Source: Cyanophora paradoxa CCMP329 (lineage: Eukaryota > Plantae > Glaucophyta). From it: a stretch of 64,000 bases of DNA. Below are positions 47,349 to 60,200 of the stretch, piece by piece (the stretch's first letter is position 1; the number at the start of each line of letters is the position of its first letter). The position numbers were made by a program, and so were the translations under genes. Location: the NCBI GenBank assembly GCA_004431415.1, contig QPMI01000106.1, positions 1 to 64,000 of the forward strand. Direction: 5' to 3'. Below the pieces are notes generated by a model that was not told where the DNA came from, did not search any database, and saw nothing but the letters and a program-made list of their open reading frames with translations.

Positions 47349-48393
47349 CACAGGGCCGGCGCCATGTCACGGCCCATCAGCCGCCCATGTACATGTGGCC
47401 CCCCACTGCCAGGGCCACTAGGCCGGGTAGTAGGCTACTAGCGCTACGAGTTCAAGTAGTAGCTACTAGTCACCGGGGCCATGCCGGTCAGTGCGGCAGT
47501 GCCCCCAGCCTGGCAGTGCAGCCCCACCGCCGGCGTCCGCCGCCACCGGTACCGGGCGCGCGGCGCCGCGCGGCGGGCGTCCGGTCCGGTCCCCCCACGG
47601 TGGCCCCACAAATTATAATTAGGGGCCACGTACAATGGAATGAGAGAACCTCCGAATCAGCCTCCGATCCATAATTAGTCAGCCCATATTTTATTTGACT
47701 GATTATTTGAGTACGTCAATCAGGCAAGATCAGGGCATCATGAGGCAAACTCAGGCAATTCAACAGTCAGATTCCGAATTTCCCCATTGTTAATATTAAC
47801 AACGATTCCGATTTTCCACCATTTTACCAGTGTTCGATTCCCGCGGCCGCGGCCGTCTCATGTGATCAGAGTCGTACGTCTTGATCAGAGTTGATCTGCG
47901 TCTCGGAGGCTCCGAAGAGCCGAAGCTAGCCGGCCGGGCCCGGCCGGCGGCCGGCGGCCGGGGGACTGTCACAGTGTGGCCGTCGTGCACTGGGCCAGCC
48001 GCCAGGCCCGCCACTGGGCCAGTACTAGTGCCCGGCGCTGCCCGCCACTGGCCCCCCGCCACTGGGCCGCCAGCCCGTCGGGCTGTTAGCACCCTTCCCG
48101 GCTCTGTAGTAGAGTCTGTACGTGTACCTTGTACCGTTGTACGGTCACTCTGGCTGCAATCTTTGAAAGATTTCCGAAGTTCACTGAGTGACACTGACTC
48201 AAGGCTTCAAAGCCCGGCGGCCATCAACCGTGGCAACTTTAAGTTCAGTTTGCAATAGCAGCGCTTCGATTCCTTCGACCTCTTAGAAGTACAGAGCCAG
48301 TCTGAAGTTAGGACTCTGAACGGCGTGCAGTTTTGTTCGCATACACAGCGCGAGCAGTTCATCCAGCAACTTCGAATCCAGCATCTTTGAGCA

Positions 48394-49500
48394 ATGTCGG
48401 TCGAGTTCCTCGCGTCCCCGGAGAAGCAGGCCGTCCTCCTCGGCTACATCAAGACGCACTTCCGTCCGGCCTCTCTGGAACAATACGAAGCTTTGGCCGC
48501 GGAGTATCCGAGTCTGATGAAGGTGCGTACACAGTACGCTGGTACAGGCCTACGCATGGGGTCCGACGGTCATAATCGCGTGCCCAAACTAGAATCTAGC
48601 TCTAGCTATGTAGTCCTCAAAAGTGGAGATCTAGAGCCTCGGAGATGCACACGATTTTATCATTAAACGCACACGTCCAATTATATTGCGGTTGCATGCG
48701 CATGTGTGTGTATGCGCACTGCGGCATGCGATGTATGTATTTTGATGAATGCGGTTTCGCCGAGTTGCCTGGCTAAGGGCCATCAGCTGATTGCACTTGC
48801 GAATTGCCCGCACGCGCAGGTCGTGGAGAATGCGTACTTCTCAATTTCTTCCAGCGAGAATCCGAGCGTGCGCATGCAGCGCATTATAATTATATATATA
48901 ATTATTCGACGGTCGATATGTGTATTGATGTCGAACTGGCGACGTGGTCCGCAGGATGAAGCGATTTCTTCCGCGATTGCCGCCGCCTTCAGTGCTACTC
49001 CCGCCGAGGAGCAGCCGGCCGTTCGCGCAGACGCTGAGGTCTGTCGCGCTCCCCGGCGCCCCCCGATCGCGAGCGTCCAAAGACATCGTAATTTATAATC
49101 ACATAGAAGATCAAGTCATAGCTAGACGACCCGCGCCTTTGCACCAGTTACGTCTGATACTTTTGATGGCGCTCCGCGATCGCAGCGTGCCGTTCTCGCT
49201 TTCTCGGCCGCCACTGCGGCCACCATCGCGATCGGCGAGGGCGAGGGCGAGGGCCCGGTCGAGGGCACCACCGGCGAGGGCGAGGGCGAGGGCGAGGGCC
49301 CGGTCGAGGGCACCACCGGCGAGGGCGAGGGCGAGGGCCCCGTCGAGGACGGCACCGGCGAGGGCGAGGGCCCGGTCGCGGGCGAGTCCGAGTACTCCTA
49401 CGCGCTGGACGACGAGCTGGACATGCTGGAGGCCGACTTTGCCGCCGCCGACGCCTTCGCCCCCGCCGCCGACGACGACGCCTTCGGCTACGCCTTCTAA
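48394..49500 (+). CDS. Small orphan protein (~190 aa) with (GE)n-PVEGTT repeats and acidic tail
   Basis: Four in-phase exons: MSVEFLASPEKQAVLLGYIKTHFRP.. / VVENAYFSISSSENPS / DEAISSAIAAAF.. / RAVLAFSAATAATIAIGEGEGEGPVEGTTGEGEGEGEGPVEGTT..EYSYALDDELDMLEADFAAADAFAPAADDDAFGYAF-stop (taa 49498-49500). Confidence 0.72.
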
Positions 49501-49879
49501 TCGGGGGATCCGACCCGACTGGTGGGGTCCGGCCTCGGAGACACGGAGGCCCCCCGCCCCTCCGGCCGGGCGCCGCGCCCCCGCCCGCCAATTGCAACGA
49601 TTCGCAAGCGTGTGTACGGATTTACCCGATACTGCATATAATGGCGATTCGGCGATGTTTCGCGATCGAATTCGATCCACGCGCGCGAAGTATGCTAATC
49701 GCGACGGCCCCAAGGCACGTTCATGCTTTCAGGAGATTGCATTAGAGCACTGGGGCAGATTGCACTGCGAGAATAATAGACAGGGCCTAGGCCTCACCAT
49801 CCGATGATCTGCTTGCGCGAAACTCAAAACAATTCCCTCCTATACTAAAGCAGAATGTTCCCGATCGCAAGCTGAAAGT

Positions 49880-50150
49880 AATCTAATTATATAAGAGCTT
49901 GCGGCGGCTCGGATCGGATCCGGATCCAGACCGTCGGACGTGCCTTTGCTGTGCACTTCAAAATACCATGCACGTGCAATCGCGGCTGCCCCTCAAAAAC
50001 GACCATCGGACCCCCGTAGATGTCGATTTCTACAGCGATCTTTAGTTGGAATTGAGATCTGCAACAAGAGCACCAGTAGCATCCGTTTTAATTTGTGGGC
50101 ACAAATAAACCTTGATCATGAGCTTCGGGATCCATGCATATGGCCAGGGA
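49880..50150 (+). pseudogene. Relic copy of the 3' end of F-box paralog 3
   Basis: gcttgc..cggctcggatcgga..gtgcc and agcaccagtagca.ccgtttt..aaccttga..gatccatg match ~31487-31580 and ~31949-32010. Confidence 0.65.
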
Positions 50151-50237
50151 CTGTGACATTTCGCTGACATTAATTATATAACCAAGAAAGTCGCTGGGAG
50201 TCTCCCCTCGGCGCTGGGAGTCTCCCCTCGCCCGCCC

Positions 50238-50316
50238 TCAGCGCCCGGGCCCGCCCTGCTGCGCCATGCGCCGCAGCAGGTCCGCCAGCGCCGCCCCCGC
50301 GCTCTGCCCCTGCGCC

Positions 50317-50364
<48 letters not shown>

Positions 50365-51450
50365 GCCTGCTGCGGATGCGGCGGCGGGGCGCCCCACCGC
50401 TGGGCGCCGCCGGCGGGGGCGGGCGCGCCCCGCAGCGCCGCCGCCAGCGCGTCGGCCGGCGACTGCGCGGCGGCGGCGCTGGGGCCCCCGCGGCGCCGAG
50501 GAAGGCGGCGAGCTGCGAGGGCGGCTGCGGCTGCTGCTGCGCCCTCGTCAGCCGCGCCAGCAGCTCGCTCGCCGCGTTGCCCGAGGCGGCCGCTGCAGGG
50601 GCGGCGCCGCCGGCGCGGGGGCCGCCGCCGGGCCCGGGCCCCCGCGAGGCCGAGGAGGGTGCGGAGGAGGGCCGACGCGTCCCCGCCCGGCGCCGCGGGG
50701 GCGCGGGGGCCGGGGCCGGGGCCGGCGGCTGCGCGGGGGCGAGGGCGGCGAGGAGAGAGGCGGCGGCGCCGCCGGCGGAGGCGCCCGAGGGGAGCCACGC
50801 GGCACCGTACGGGGCCGGGGCGGGGGCCGCCCCGAGGCCGCCGCCGCCGGCGAGGGCCTGCGCCACAGCGTCCACGACCGACCCGCCGCCCGCCCCGGCT
50901 GGCCATGGTACCCCCAAAGGCGGGGGCCCCCATGCCCACGCCGGCGCCCGGGGGGACCCGCGGCGGGCCCGGCACCGAGCGCGGGCGGCCAGGGCCCGGG
51001 GCCCCCGAAGAAGACGAGGGCCCGGGCCCGGGCCCTCCCACGGCGCCCCGCCCTGCCGCCCCCGCTCGTGCTCGCGCTCCCACTCCCGGTCGTGCTCCCA
51101 GCCTGCGGAGCCGCCGCTTGAAAAGGGTAATCGGGCGGGGCGAATCCATCACGCACCCCTCTCCCGCCTGCGGTCCCCGCGGCGGGGGCTGCGGCTCCGG
51201 CTCCGGCTGCGGCTGCGCTGGCGCGGGGGCTCCGGGCGCCCCTGCGGCGGCGCGGCGGGCTGCACTGCCTCTGCGACGGGCTGCGCTGCCGGCGGGGCGG
51301 GCTCCGCGGCGGCTCGGGCGGGCCCCCGCCGGGAGCCGGGCCCTCGCTGCCGCCCTTCGACCACTGCGCCACGTACCGCGCCCGGTCCTCTGTACCGCAG
51401 AGGTCATTTGCGTCGGGAGAGGGGAGAGGGCGCGGGGGGTACCGGAGGAC
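50238..51450 (-). pseudogene. 5'-truncated duplicate of the CCCH gene (no zinc fingers), with a longer CAG/poly-Q run
   Basis: High identity to 39180-40410; (ctg)n run at ~50319-50362; homology stops just before the zinc-finger exons. Confidence 0.75.
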
Positions 51451-51469
51451 GTATAAGACGCGCGATGAT

Positions 51470-53300
51470 TGGTCTCCATCTCCGACAGCTTGTAGAGCAG
51501 CTCCTGCGGCGGCGCGCGTCGTTAGATGCTGTAAAGTCTCTACTCTTCATCTAAGTTAGAGGACGTATAAGACGCGCCTTGATGGGCGCCAGGAAGGGGT
51601 TGTCCGCCGCGATGAAGTAAGCCAGTTTGCCGGAGGTCAGCAGTGCGCTCGCCTGCGCCCGCCCCTCTCAGACGGGGTACGGGGAAGGGGTGGGGTGGGG
51701 GAGGAAGTGCGAGCCTTGACCATCGCCGCGTAGCGCGCGTTCTGGAGGACCTGCGGGGGGTATGCGTTCGGAGAGGGGGTACGGCTCGGGAGGGGGTACG
51801 CGGCACCTCGGCGAAGACCTCCGACATGCGCGGCCACCACTCGTCTGCAGAAGGAGAGGTTCGGGCGGGGGTACGCGATTCGCGTGACGGGGCCGGGGGT
51901 ACCGGGGTCGGAGCGCAGGAGGTGGCCCAACGCTTGCAAGGCCCCGTACTGCGGAGGGCGTCGGGGGGGGGGTACAGGAGAGTGTCCGCCAGTGGGGGAG
52001 TACGAGGCGCGCGGACCAGGACCATGTAGACCTCCTCGCGCTTGAAGGGGTCCCTGCGGCAGGAGCCGGCGCTCAGAAGGGACGGTAGCAGCAGCGGGGG
52101 GTACGGGCGCACTTATCGGCGGAGCCGTCCCACTCCTCGATGAGCTCGGGCATGCCGACGGTGCGGAGGAGCTCGCGGCAGAGCAGGTAGCACTTATCGC
52201 CAGCGCGGGGTCTCTCTTAATTGATCACGTCTGCCGGCGGCGGCTCAGCGGGGCGGGCGGCGGCTGTGCGGGGGTACAGGGAGGGACCGGGCGCACTGCC
52301 GGCGTTGCAGACCGCGAACCCGAGGCCACGGATGCCGGCCTGCCGGATGTGGAAGTCCCTACTGCGGCACGCCTGCGGGGGCCGCTCAGGGCGAGGGACG
52401 GGAGAGGCGGGGCCGGGGGTACCTTGATCCAGTCCTTGGCGAACTCGCAGAAGACTCCCTTCCGCACGTACTGGCTCGGCTCGTGCTCGCGGCTCATTTT
52501 CTGCGGCAGCGGATCAAATCGCGGCGGCGGCGGCGGGGCGCGGGCGCGCACGTCGACGAGCAGCTGCACGGCCGGAACGACCATCGACTCGTCGAAGTAC
52601 GTGAGCCAGCCGAGGCTCCGCACCGCAAACCGCCGCGGGTTGGACCTGCGCGCCGCGCAAGCGCTCGCCCCCGGCGCAGCGGAGGGCGGCGGGGCCGGGG
52701 GACTCGCCTGTAGGTGGCGGGATCGGCCTGCACGAGCTGCATGATCTTCAGGATGCCGCGGGCGCGCAGGTCGTCGTCGACGGTCACGATGTGCGTGAGG
52801 CCAATGATGGCCTGCTTGACGATCCTGGCAGGGATCGGAGAGTGTTCGGATCTCGTTCGCAGCGCGTCCAACGACGACGCGGAGCACCTGTATTCGGCGG
52901 GCGGGTGGTCGATGAGCCTGGTGCACTTCTAAACTGCTTTCTGGACACGTCTTGCGCATGCGCAGGCTCGCCGCGTTCATCTTGTCCGGCGACCCGCGCA
53001 GCACCCTTCGATCCGCCGCTGCCAGGAGCATAGTGCACGTGAAGCTGCGAGGACGCACCCGCGGCGCGGTTCGTCAGCAGTCGGCCAGGCGCCGGTACGC
53101 TCAAGCGGGGCGGCGGGCGGCCGGAGACTCACGAACGGCTCGTTCTTGATCTGCGGCAGAGACGTACGCGAGAATGCCGCCATCGTGGAGAAGCTGCGCG
53201 CCGCCCACGCCGTGCGCCGCTCAAAGCGCGGGGTGCGAATGGGCGCTAAGGCTAGCACAAGCACTCGAACCAACGAGCTCGCGCCAGTCATCCTGGCCGA
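51470..53300 (-). pseudogene. Multi-exon alpha-helical (ARM/HEAT-like) gene fragment, 3'-truncated, with apparent in-frame stop
   Basis: Exons RIVKQAIIGLTHIV.., RRFAVRSLGWL.., FHIRQAGIRGLGFAV.., YGALQALGHLL, ASALLTSGKLAYF (HEAT-like 'R..A...LG.L' pattern). TAA at 52217-52219 in the predicted frame. Confidence 0.55.
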
Positions 53301-54069
53301 TCCGAAAGCTCTTGGGTTCGACCTGTGCGGCTGCGCCTCACTTGCCCTCGCTGCGCGTCCCGGTACGTATACCCCGGCCCAGCTCGCCCCCACACCTCGA
53401 CTTCTTCACCCCCGGCTGTGCAGCGATCAGAGCGCAACGGTGTCGCGCGGGTGCGTCAGTGCGAGCAACTGGCCGGTTCGGAGCTGGAGCTGCTGACAGG
53501 TCATCTCGCCGGTGCAGCGTACAAGGAGCGAGAGCGCGGCGTGCAGAAGAATCGCTCCTTAAGTATCTTCAGGTGCGTTCGTTACGCCTCGGTAGCGAGT
53601 CGGCACCTCCCGAGCCCGCGGTTACGTGCACTGCAGCTGGCTCGCTGAATGCGGCCGCGGCCGGCCGCTGTCACAGCGCGGTGGTAGCTAATACGACATC
53701 ATCGGATCCGCTCTGCAGGTTGACAACGCCGCTTCTTCACCGAGTAGGTACGCAACCGCGCAGCCGCGCGCGAGCGCCCCGGCCCGGCATGGCGCCGCTT
53801 CCTTCGATTCGACTCCGCCACCGCGGCTTCTGATTCACGGCCCGTACCGGCGCACTCATAGAGCGCCTCGCAGGCCCGCGCTGCGCGCCGCACCACCAGG
53901 AATCGCCAACGTAACTGCGGCCGCCCGCGCAACGTAACTGCGGCCGCCCGCGGCTACTTGTATACACACCAGGTACGCGACCTACGACCTACAAACTAAG
54001 ATAAGAACCCTGGGCGGGGGCCGGGCCGAAGCTGACCCGGAGGGTGCGTGCCGCGGCGGCCGCGGGGCA

Positions 54070-54234
54070 GGTACCGGTGATCGAGGGGGCGGGGTATGAG
54101 CCTATCAAGTTCCCAAGGCCTCGGAACCACCACCTGCGGTGCGCGGCCATCCTCAGTTGCAATAGCGATGGATTCGATCGTGAACGTTCTCCGATGCCCC
54201 CCCCCCCCCCCCCCCCCCCCCCCGCCCCCCCCCG

Positions 54235-54270
<36 letters not shown>

Positions 54271-57200
54271 CCGCCCTGGCTCCAGCGTCCCCCGCCGCCT
54301 TCGAATTCAGCTCGCCGCCTGCAGCTGTCTCCATCAAAGTCGAGGAGGCCGAGGTCTTCTTCTCCTTTCCTTTCCCCTTGTTTTCTGCCGCGTCGTCATC
54401 TTGTTGTATTCCGCTCACCTCCGGCTCCTCCAATTCAGATCTCCAACAGATTGGGCGCATTGCGATCGCCCGAGGTTCGCGTGCTCGCGCACCCCCCCGC
54501 GCGCGCCGACTTATGACCATACTCGAACTCTCGAGCCGCTTTTATTTCTCACACGCCTCATGCACAGGAGCACGAGGCCGCGGACCCGCGGCCGGAAACG
54601 CAAATGGATTACACGGTATGTTCTTTTATTTGATTTGGAGCTAAGTTGAGAGGCGTGGGAGCACGTGCGTGCACGTTGTCAGGCTCAGAGAACGATGCAT
54701 ATGCATGCACCCTAGGCCTCTTGGTGGCTTTAGACCTCCGGCGTCAGACTCTCTACAGACCTAGAAAACGCTTTATAAATTATCCGACATCTTCTCTGCT
54801 GCTTTTGAAACGGCGGCAAAACCAGGGTGTGAAAACGGACAAGCGGCCTGGCCTCTTTTACTGCATTCTCCGCTGGCGGGGCTACACTAGGCAGGTTCAC
54901 AACTTCCACTCTCGCGAGGCAAGGCATTCTATCTCGTATTACTAGCGCTCTCCCGTGAGCTTAAGCGGGGGCAGGAGGCGGCGCGCTATCGCGACCGCTG
55001 CATCCTCGTGTGCCGGAAGCTCGACGAGCTGGAAAGGGTGCGCACAGGCGGGAAGGAGGGATCCAAGCTCAACTTCGAGGAGAGCGGTGAACGCTGTCAC
55101 GCCACATTGGCAAACGCCGTAGTAGTACCGATTGCGAGAACCGACCGCGCCGCTCCGCAGATTACGCCGTCGATGGGGAGGAGCTGAAAGAGGAGCTCGA
55201 GGGGAGGAGTCCTCTGGGGGACACGTCCGATGCCTTCGAGGTCGTCCAGGAGCTCGTGGAGGAGCACAGCCGCATTCGCAGCGGCGGCCACGGCCGCGGC
55301 CCCTGCGAGACCAGTTCTGCAGCTGCAGGGCCGGCAGAGGAAATACTGTACGAAGCCTCATCGTCCTTGCGATCGCCATCGACCGCGGAAGGAACGCGTA
55401 CGGTGAGCGTTTATAATTAGCTGCGAGCCTCTAAACTTAGGCCTGAGGCTTGCCAGCATTCCTGCGCTGACTCTAAATTAAAGAGAGATCTAGCTGTAGT
55501 ACCGTGTTAAAGTTCTCACTCGTCCCATGCACAGGATCTCGAGGCAGATCTAGACGAGCCGGACATGCAAATCCACTACCCGGTACGAGCGCTCTAACTT
55601 ATAATTAATAAAAACATAAAAAGGAATGGGCCCGGGTATGGGGATCGTGTTTGCAGAAGCGATGCATACGCCTAGGCCTTGTTAGTCTAGTCCGCTCGAG
55701 CGGCGTATTCTGACAATGATTCGGCCGAGCAGCAGGCTATAATGCAAGATCCAGATCCAGCGGACAAATCGCAATCTGCAGCTGTGCACGTGCAAGGCAG
55801 TCAAGGAAGTCAGCAAGACCAGCCTGAAGGAGAAGAGAGAGTGCCAAAGAAATTCGTGGTGCGTATAAGCGTTCTTCTTCTTCTTCGAATTCCTTTCTTT
55901 GATGGCGGCATATATATGCGAATTCAGGGGGTTAACGCGGTTTCGAATCGGCAAGGGCGGATCCTCTATCACGCATGCAACTTGTTCCTGCGGCCTGTCG
56001 GCCAGCGCTGGGTCCGCCACTTCGAAACGGCCGAGGCAAGCCCGGCCTTCGTGCACCTGCGCCATGCGCTCTAGATCTCCCTCGCGATTCGGGATCGTCC
56101 ACTGACTCTGGGCCGCGGTCGCACGCGCAGGAGGCGGCGCGCTTCCGAGACCGCTGCATCCTCGTCTTCGGCGAGCTCGACAGGCTGGCGGGGCGGCGAG
56201 AGAACACGGTGGGCTCAGAGCTCAATTACGATGAAAAAGGTGCAGAGGCCTATACCTAATTATAAGGCAGTCAGCGATATCGATTTGGTTTGTGAGAGCT
56301 TAATTGCTTTTCCGGGCAGAGTACGCTGGGGAGCCGCTGTTCGAGGCGGTGAAGAGGGGCGCCCTGGGAAGCTCGGCGTCCTTCACCGACTTCAAAGCCG
56401 TGCGGGATCTCGTGAGGCAGCACACGCGCGCGGCCGCCGGTGGCGACGGCGGCGGTGACGTCGACCCCCACGACGCTGCGGAAGACCCGGCTTCCGCTGC
56501 GGATCCGGGGAGAACGACGGAAGAAATTGAAGCAGCATCTCCAGTGCCACCCTTGCGATCGCCATCGGTGCGATGTGTGGTTTAATTTGCAGCGCTTTGG
56601 TTTCCTCAAGGGGGCCGTTTCCCACCGACATTCGGCAGGAGCTCGGCGCTGGTTTCCCACCAGCGTCCACGGGGGCGCTGGTGCAGGGCGCGTACACGTA
56701 TGTGGACGCCAGCGCCGCGGCCGGCGACGCTACGAGAGCCTCGCGATCGCTGAGCGGGATGGAAGGAGAGGTGGCAGCGACACTCGAGCGCGGCGTACAT
56801 AGGCGAAATCCAGAGCTGGTGCCCGGGGACGAGCGTGTGCTCCCGTGGTCCGGCGGCAGCAGCAGCAGCAATCGGCCCACGCGTACGGAAGCGAGCGTGG
56901 CAGCAGCCGCAGCTTCGAGCTCTTCAGGGCCGGTGCCCGGGAGCCAGCTGCAGCGACGCTCACTAGGGGTACTGCCGAACTACGATCGCGAGGAGCCACG
57001 TCTGGATCCGGAGGTGGAGAGAACGCCGGCTGCAGCGGGCCCGGCGCCAGCGGCACCGGTGGCGGCTGTCACGATCACAGCACCCGTGGGGACAGCGGCG
57101 GCGCCTCGGACCACAGGCCTAGGGGCTGCCTCGTCTGGATCTAGCTCGGCTCAGACACCGCGTTCCGAGCATCGGGACTCTGGACTGCACCGACGTTACG

Positions 57201-60200
57201 GAAACGAAGGAAGGTTCCAGTTACTGCGTGCGTTAAGGAACGTTATATAATTAATAGGAACGTTATAAGGAACGTATAGGGGTTCCAGCTTAAAGGAACG
57301 TTATATAATTAATAGGGGCCCCCGCAGCCGATAATGATTTCATTTAAAGATTCCAACGTGCGCGTGGCCCGCCTCTCCGGATCCTGTCCTCTGCCGCTGT
57401 ACATGCACACATGTATAATTAGGGCGTGCAGGAGTCTTGGAGAACAATGGGAGGGGCCTGGTCGCGACTCCGGTACGTATACGGTCCATGTCGACGTCGA
57501 CGTCTTCAACTCTAGATCTACGTGCTCAGGCCAGCCTTCTTCTGCTCACTGCGCATCCCTCTTTAGGTGAACTTTGGGCTCGTCAACTTAGTGTGGGAGA
57601 AGGTGATGCTTCGGAAGCGAGAGGCGCGTTCTCTCCCGCCTTTCAGCACCATCGTTTTTAAACTTAATCTCGCGATATCGATCGCCAGCCGGCGGCGGAT
57701 TTCGTCCATCGGCTCGAGAAGAACGGGCAGTACGTGTTCGTGGCTGCTTTTGGATTAGGAGGATGCAAGGTGCCATGGGCGACTGCAGCTGGGGTGGGCC
57801 TGGCGATCGTTCCGACCGATTGCAATTGACAAGCTTCGCCAGGTCATCTCGCCGCTGTTCCCGTCGGTCGAGGGGGCGGAGCGCTTCCGGGACCGCTGCC
57901 ACATTGCGTGGTGCGCGCGCGGCCTCGATCCGCTGTTTGTATGTATACGTATACCAGCCGATGCGCTCGATCGCGATTCGGGTCATGATCAGGTTTGGAC
58001 CGAACGGCCCGGGAAGTTTTGACGGCAAGCTCATCTTTTCGCTGGAGGGTGTGCATTGTTGCCTTCGACGTGTTTATGTGCGTGCAAGCTTGTCTTATTC
58101 AATTTCTTTCAGGTTATAAACACGAAGCTTTCTACACGAAGCTCTTCTGCGGGCCCGAAGCAGGGCGCCCCCGTATCGGCCACAACGAGTCAACGTGCCT
58201 TCTGAGATCTACTTAAAATCAAAGGCCGCGCGTCCGCCCCGCCTGCATAAAACCTGAAGCCCCTGCCGCGCGCAGGCGGGCAAACGACGTAGCGGGCGCA
58301 GTGGCGCGGACGGTCGCGTTCGTCGCCGAAGAGACGGGGGCCCTCCAGGTGCTCGGGCCCTATATATAGAGCTGGGGCCTTCCAGTCCGCTCTATAGCTA
58401 GAGCCGAGCCCCAAATATATATTGCTCTCCCCCCCCCTTCACAACAGCTAACGTGCGCGCGCCGCAGGCGTGCTCTGGGCTGCCGTCGGCGCGCAAGCGT
58501 CGCCGCACGCAGATGGAGCAAGGGGGCGGGGACGAGGGCGAGGAGAGAGGAGGAGGGGAGCTCGAGGGCGAGCCGCCCGGACGCTGGCTGCAGCGAACGG
58601 CGCCCCTCGCGGGCGCCGGCGCCGGCAATGCGAGCAGACGGAACCAGAGGAAACGGGCGGCAGCGGCGGCGGCGGCGCCGGGCAGGCAGCCATCGTCGTC
58701 CGCTGCGCTGGCGGGAGCGGGAGCGGGCGCCGGCCGCGAGTCAACGAAGAGAGGCAGAGCCGCCGCATGCGCACCCGCCGCTGCCGCCGCCGCCGGGGCC
58801 GTACACGCGCCCAGCGACGCGCCTGCTCGCTTCCACATGCCGGCCGGCGCTACCGGTCCGTCCGTCCGCAGCGCTGCGCATGCCCTCCTGTACAGCTTCT
58901 CAGCTTTCATTCCAGGTCTCTGCACAGGGGCGGCCAGCGGCATTCAAAGCGGGCCTCCTGGCCCCACTGCTGGTCCGAATTACCTTCCACCACCCCCTCG
59001 CCATCAAATCTGCACTGCAACTTCATATCGGCAGGGCTTGTCCCTCCACCAATCTCCTCCCCTCCACCAATCTCCTCTGGTCCGAGCCAGCCCGCTCCTC
59101 CGGCCATGCAGGCGCACCCGCGCGCATCTACCGCGCCCGGTGCCGGTCAATCCGCCCCCTCTTCGTTCTTCCTTCCCTTGAGCGCTCCCTCGCAGGCGCT
59201 GCTTTTCAAGCCCCTCCGCAGCCGGCCGCCGCACCCATGCAGCGCATGCATATGCAGCTGCAACCTCCACCAGGCGCAGTCACGGTCCCGGGCGCAGCAG
59301 CTGCCGCACCCATGCAGCCTCACTGGCAGCCTCCACCTGCTCAAGGTGCAGTCGCGGTCACAGGCCAAGGCGCAGCGGCTGCCGCACCCTTGCAGCCTGG
59401 CTGGCAGCCTCCACCTGCTCCGGCGCCAGGTGCAGTCGCGGTCGAAGTTGCAGGCGCAGCAGCTGCAGCCGCAGCGCCGCGAGCACCCGCAAGCGGGCCG
59501 GCTGCAGTACCGGCCGCCCTTGCCCCGGTCCCAGGCGCAGCAGCAGCTGCCGCACACATGCAGCCTGGCTGGCAGCCTCCACCATCTGCAGGTGCAGTCA
59601 CGGTCGCAGGCGCTCCAACAGCTGCAGCACCCGCCACCCGTGCACCTCTGCACGTGCAGCCTTCGGCAGCGGCCGCAGCCGGCGCCGCAGCTGCGCTCCA
59701 AAGCGCGCCCGTCTCCAGCGGCAGCGCCGCCGCCCCGCCTGTTTCAAGGGGCTTCGCTACGGGCTCCCTTCTTCCTTCCGGCCCGCAGCCGCCGCCGTTC
59801 GGTCCGTTCTGTGCACCCTCGCCGCCGCCGCCTCGCCTAACCACCGCCTACCTTACTTTTCCGTAGCCCCGCAGCAGCCCGTCAGTGTACCCCGCACCGG
59901 CGGCATCGTAACCCCCTCGAGCAGCGGCGCGGTCCCGCCGGGCGTCCCGGCCCCTTCCCACGCCGGTCAGCGACGCCCGCTGCGCCCCCCTCGCCAACGC
60001 CATCCGAACTGCTCGTTTCCTGCACGCAGGCCCGCGGCAGCCGGTATATGTACCCCACCCCAGCAACAACGCAGACCCGCCGGGGCCCCCCGCCCCCGCT
60101 TATTCTGGTTCACGACGCCCGCTGCGCCCACTCCCCGACGCTATCTAATCTTCTGCCTTCTCCCTCGCAGCTACGCCGGCGCCGCAGCCGATCAGCGTAC

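Noticed and set aside
53325-53960. Additional exons on either strand between the helical-repeat gene and the AP2 gene
   Set aside because: Plausible splice signals exist on both strands, but I could not build a consistent frame.
54850-54895. Chromodomain (ILRWRGY)
   Set aside because: The downstream EEAARYRD..LNF pattern and its repetition fit AP2 better; other chromodomain residues are missing.
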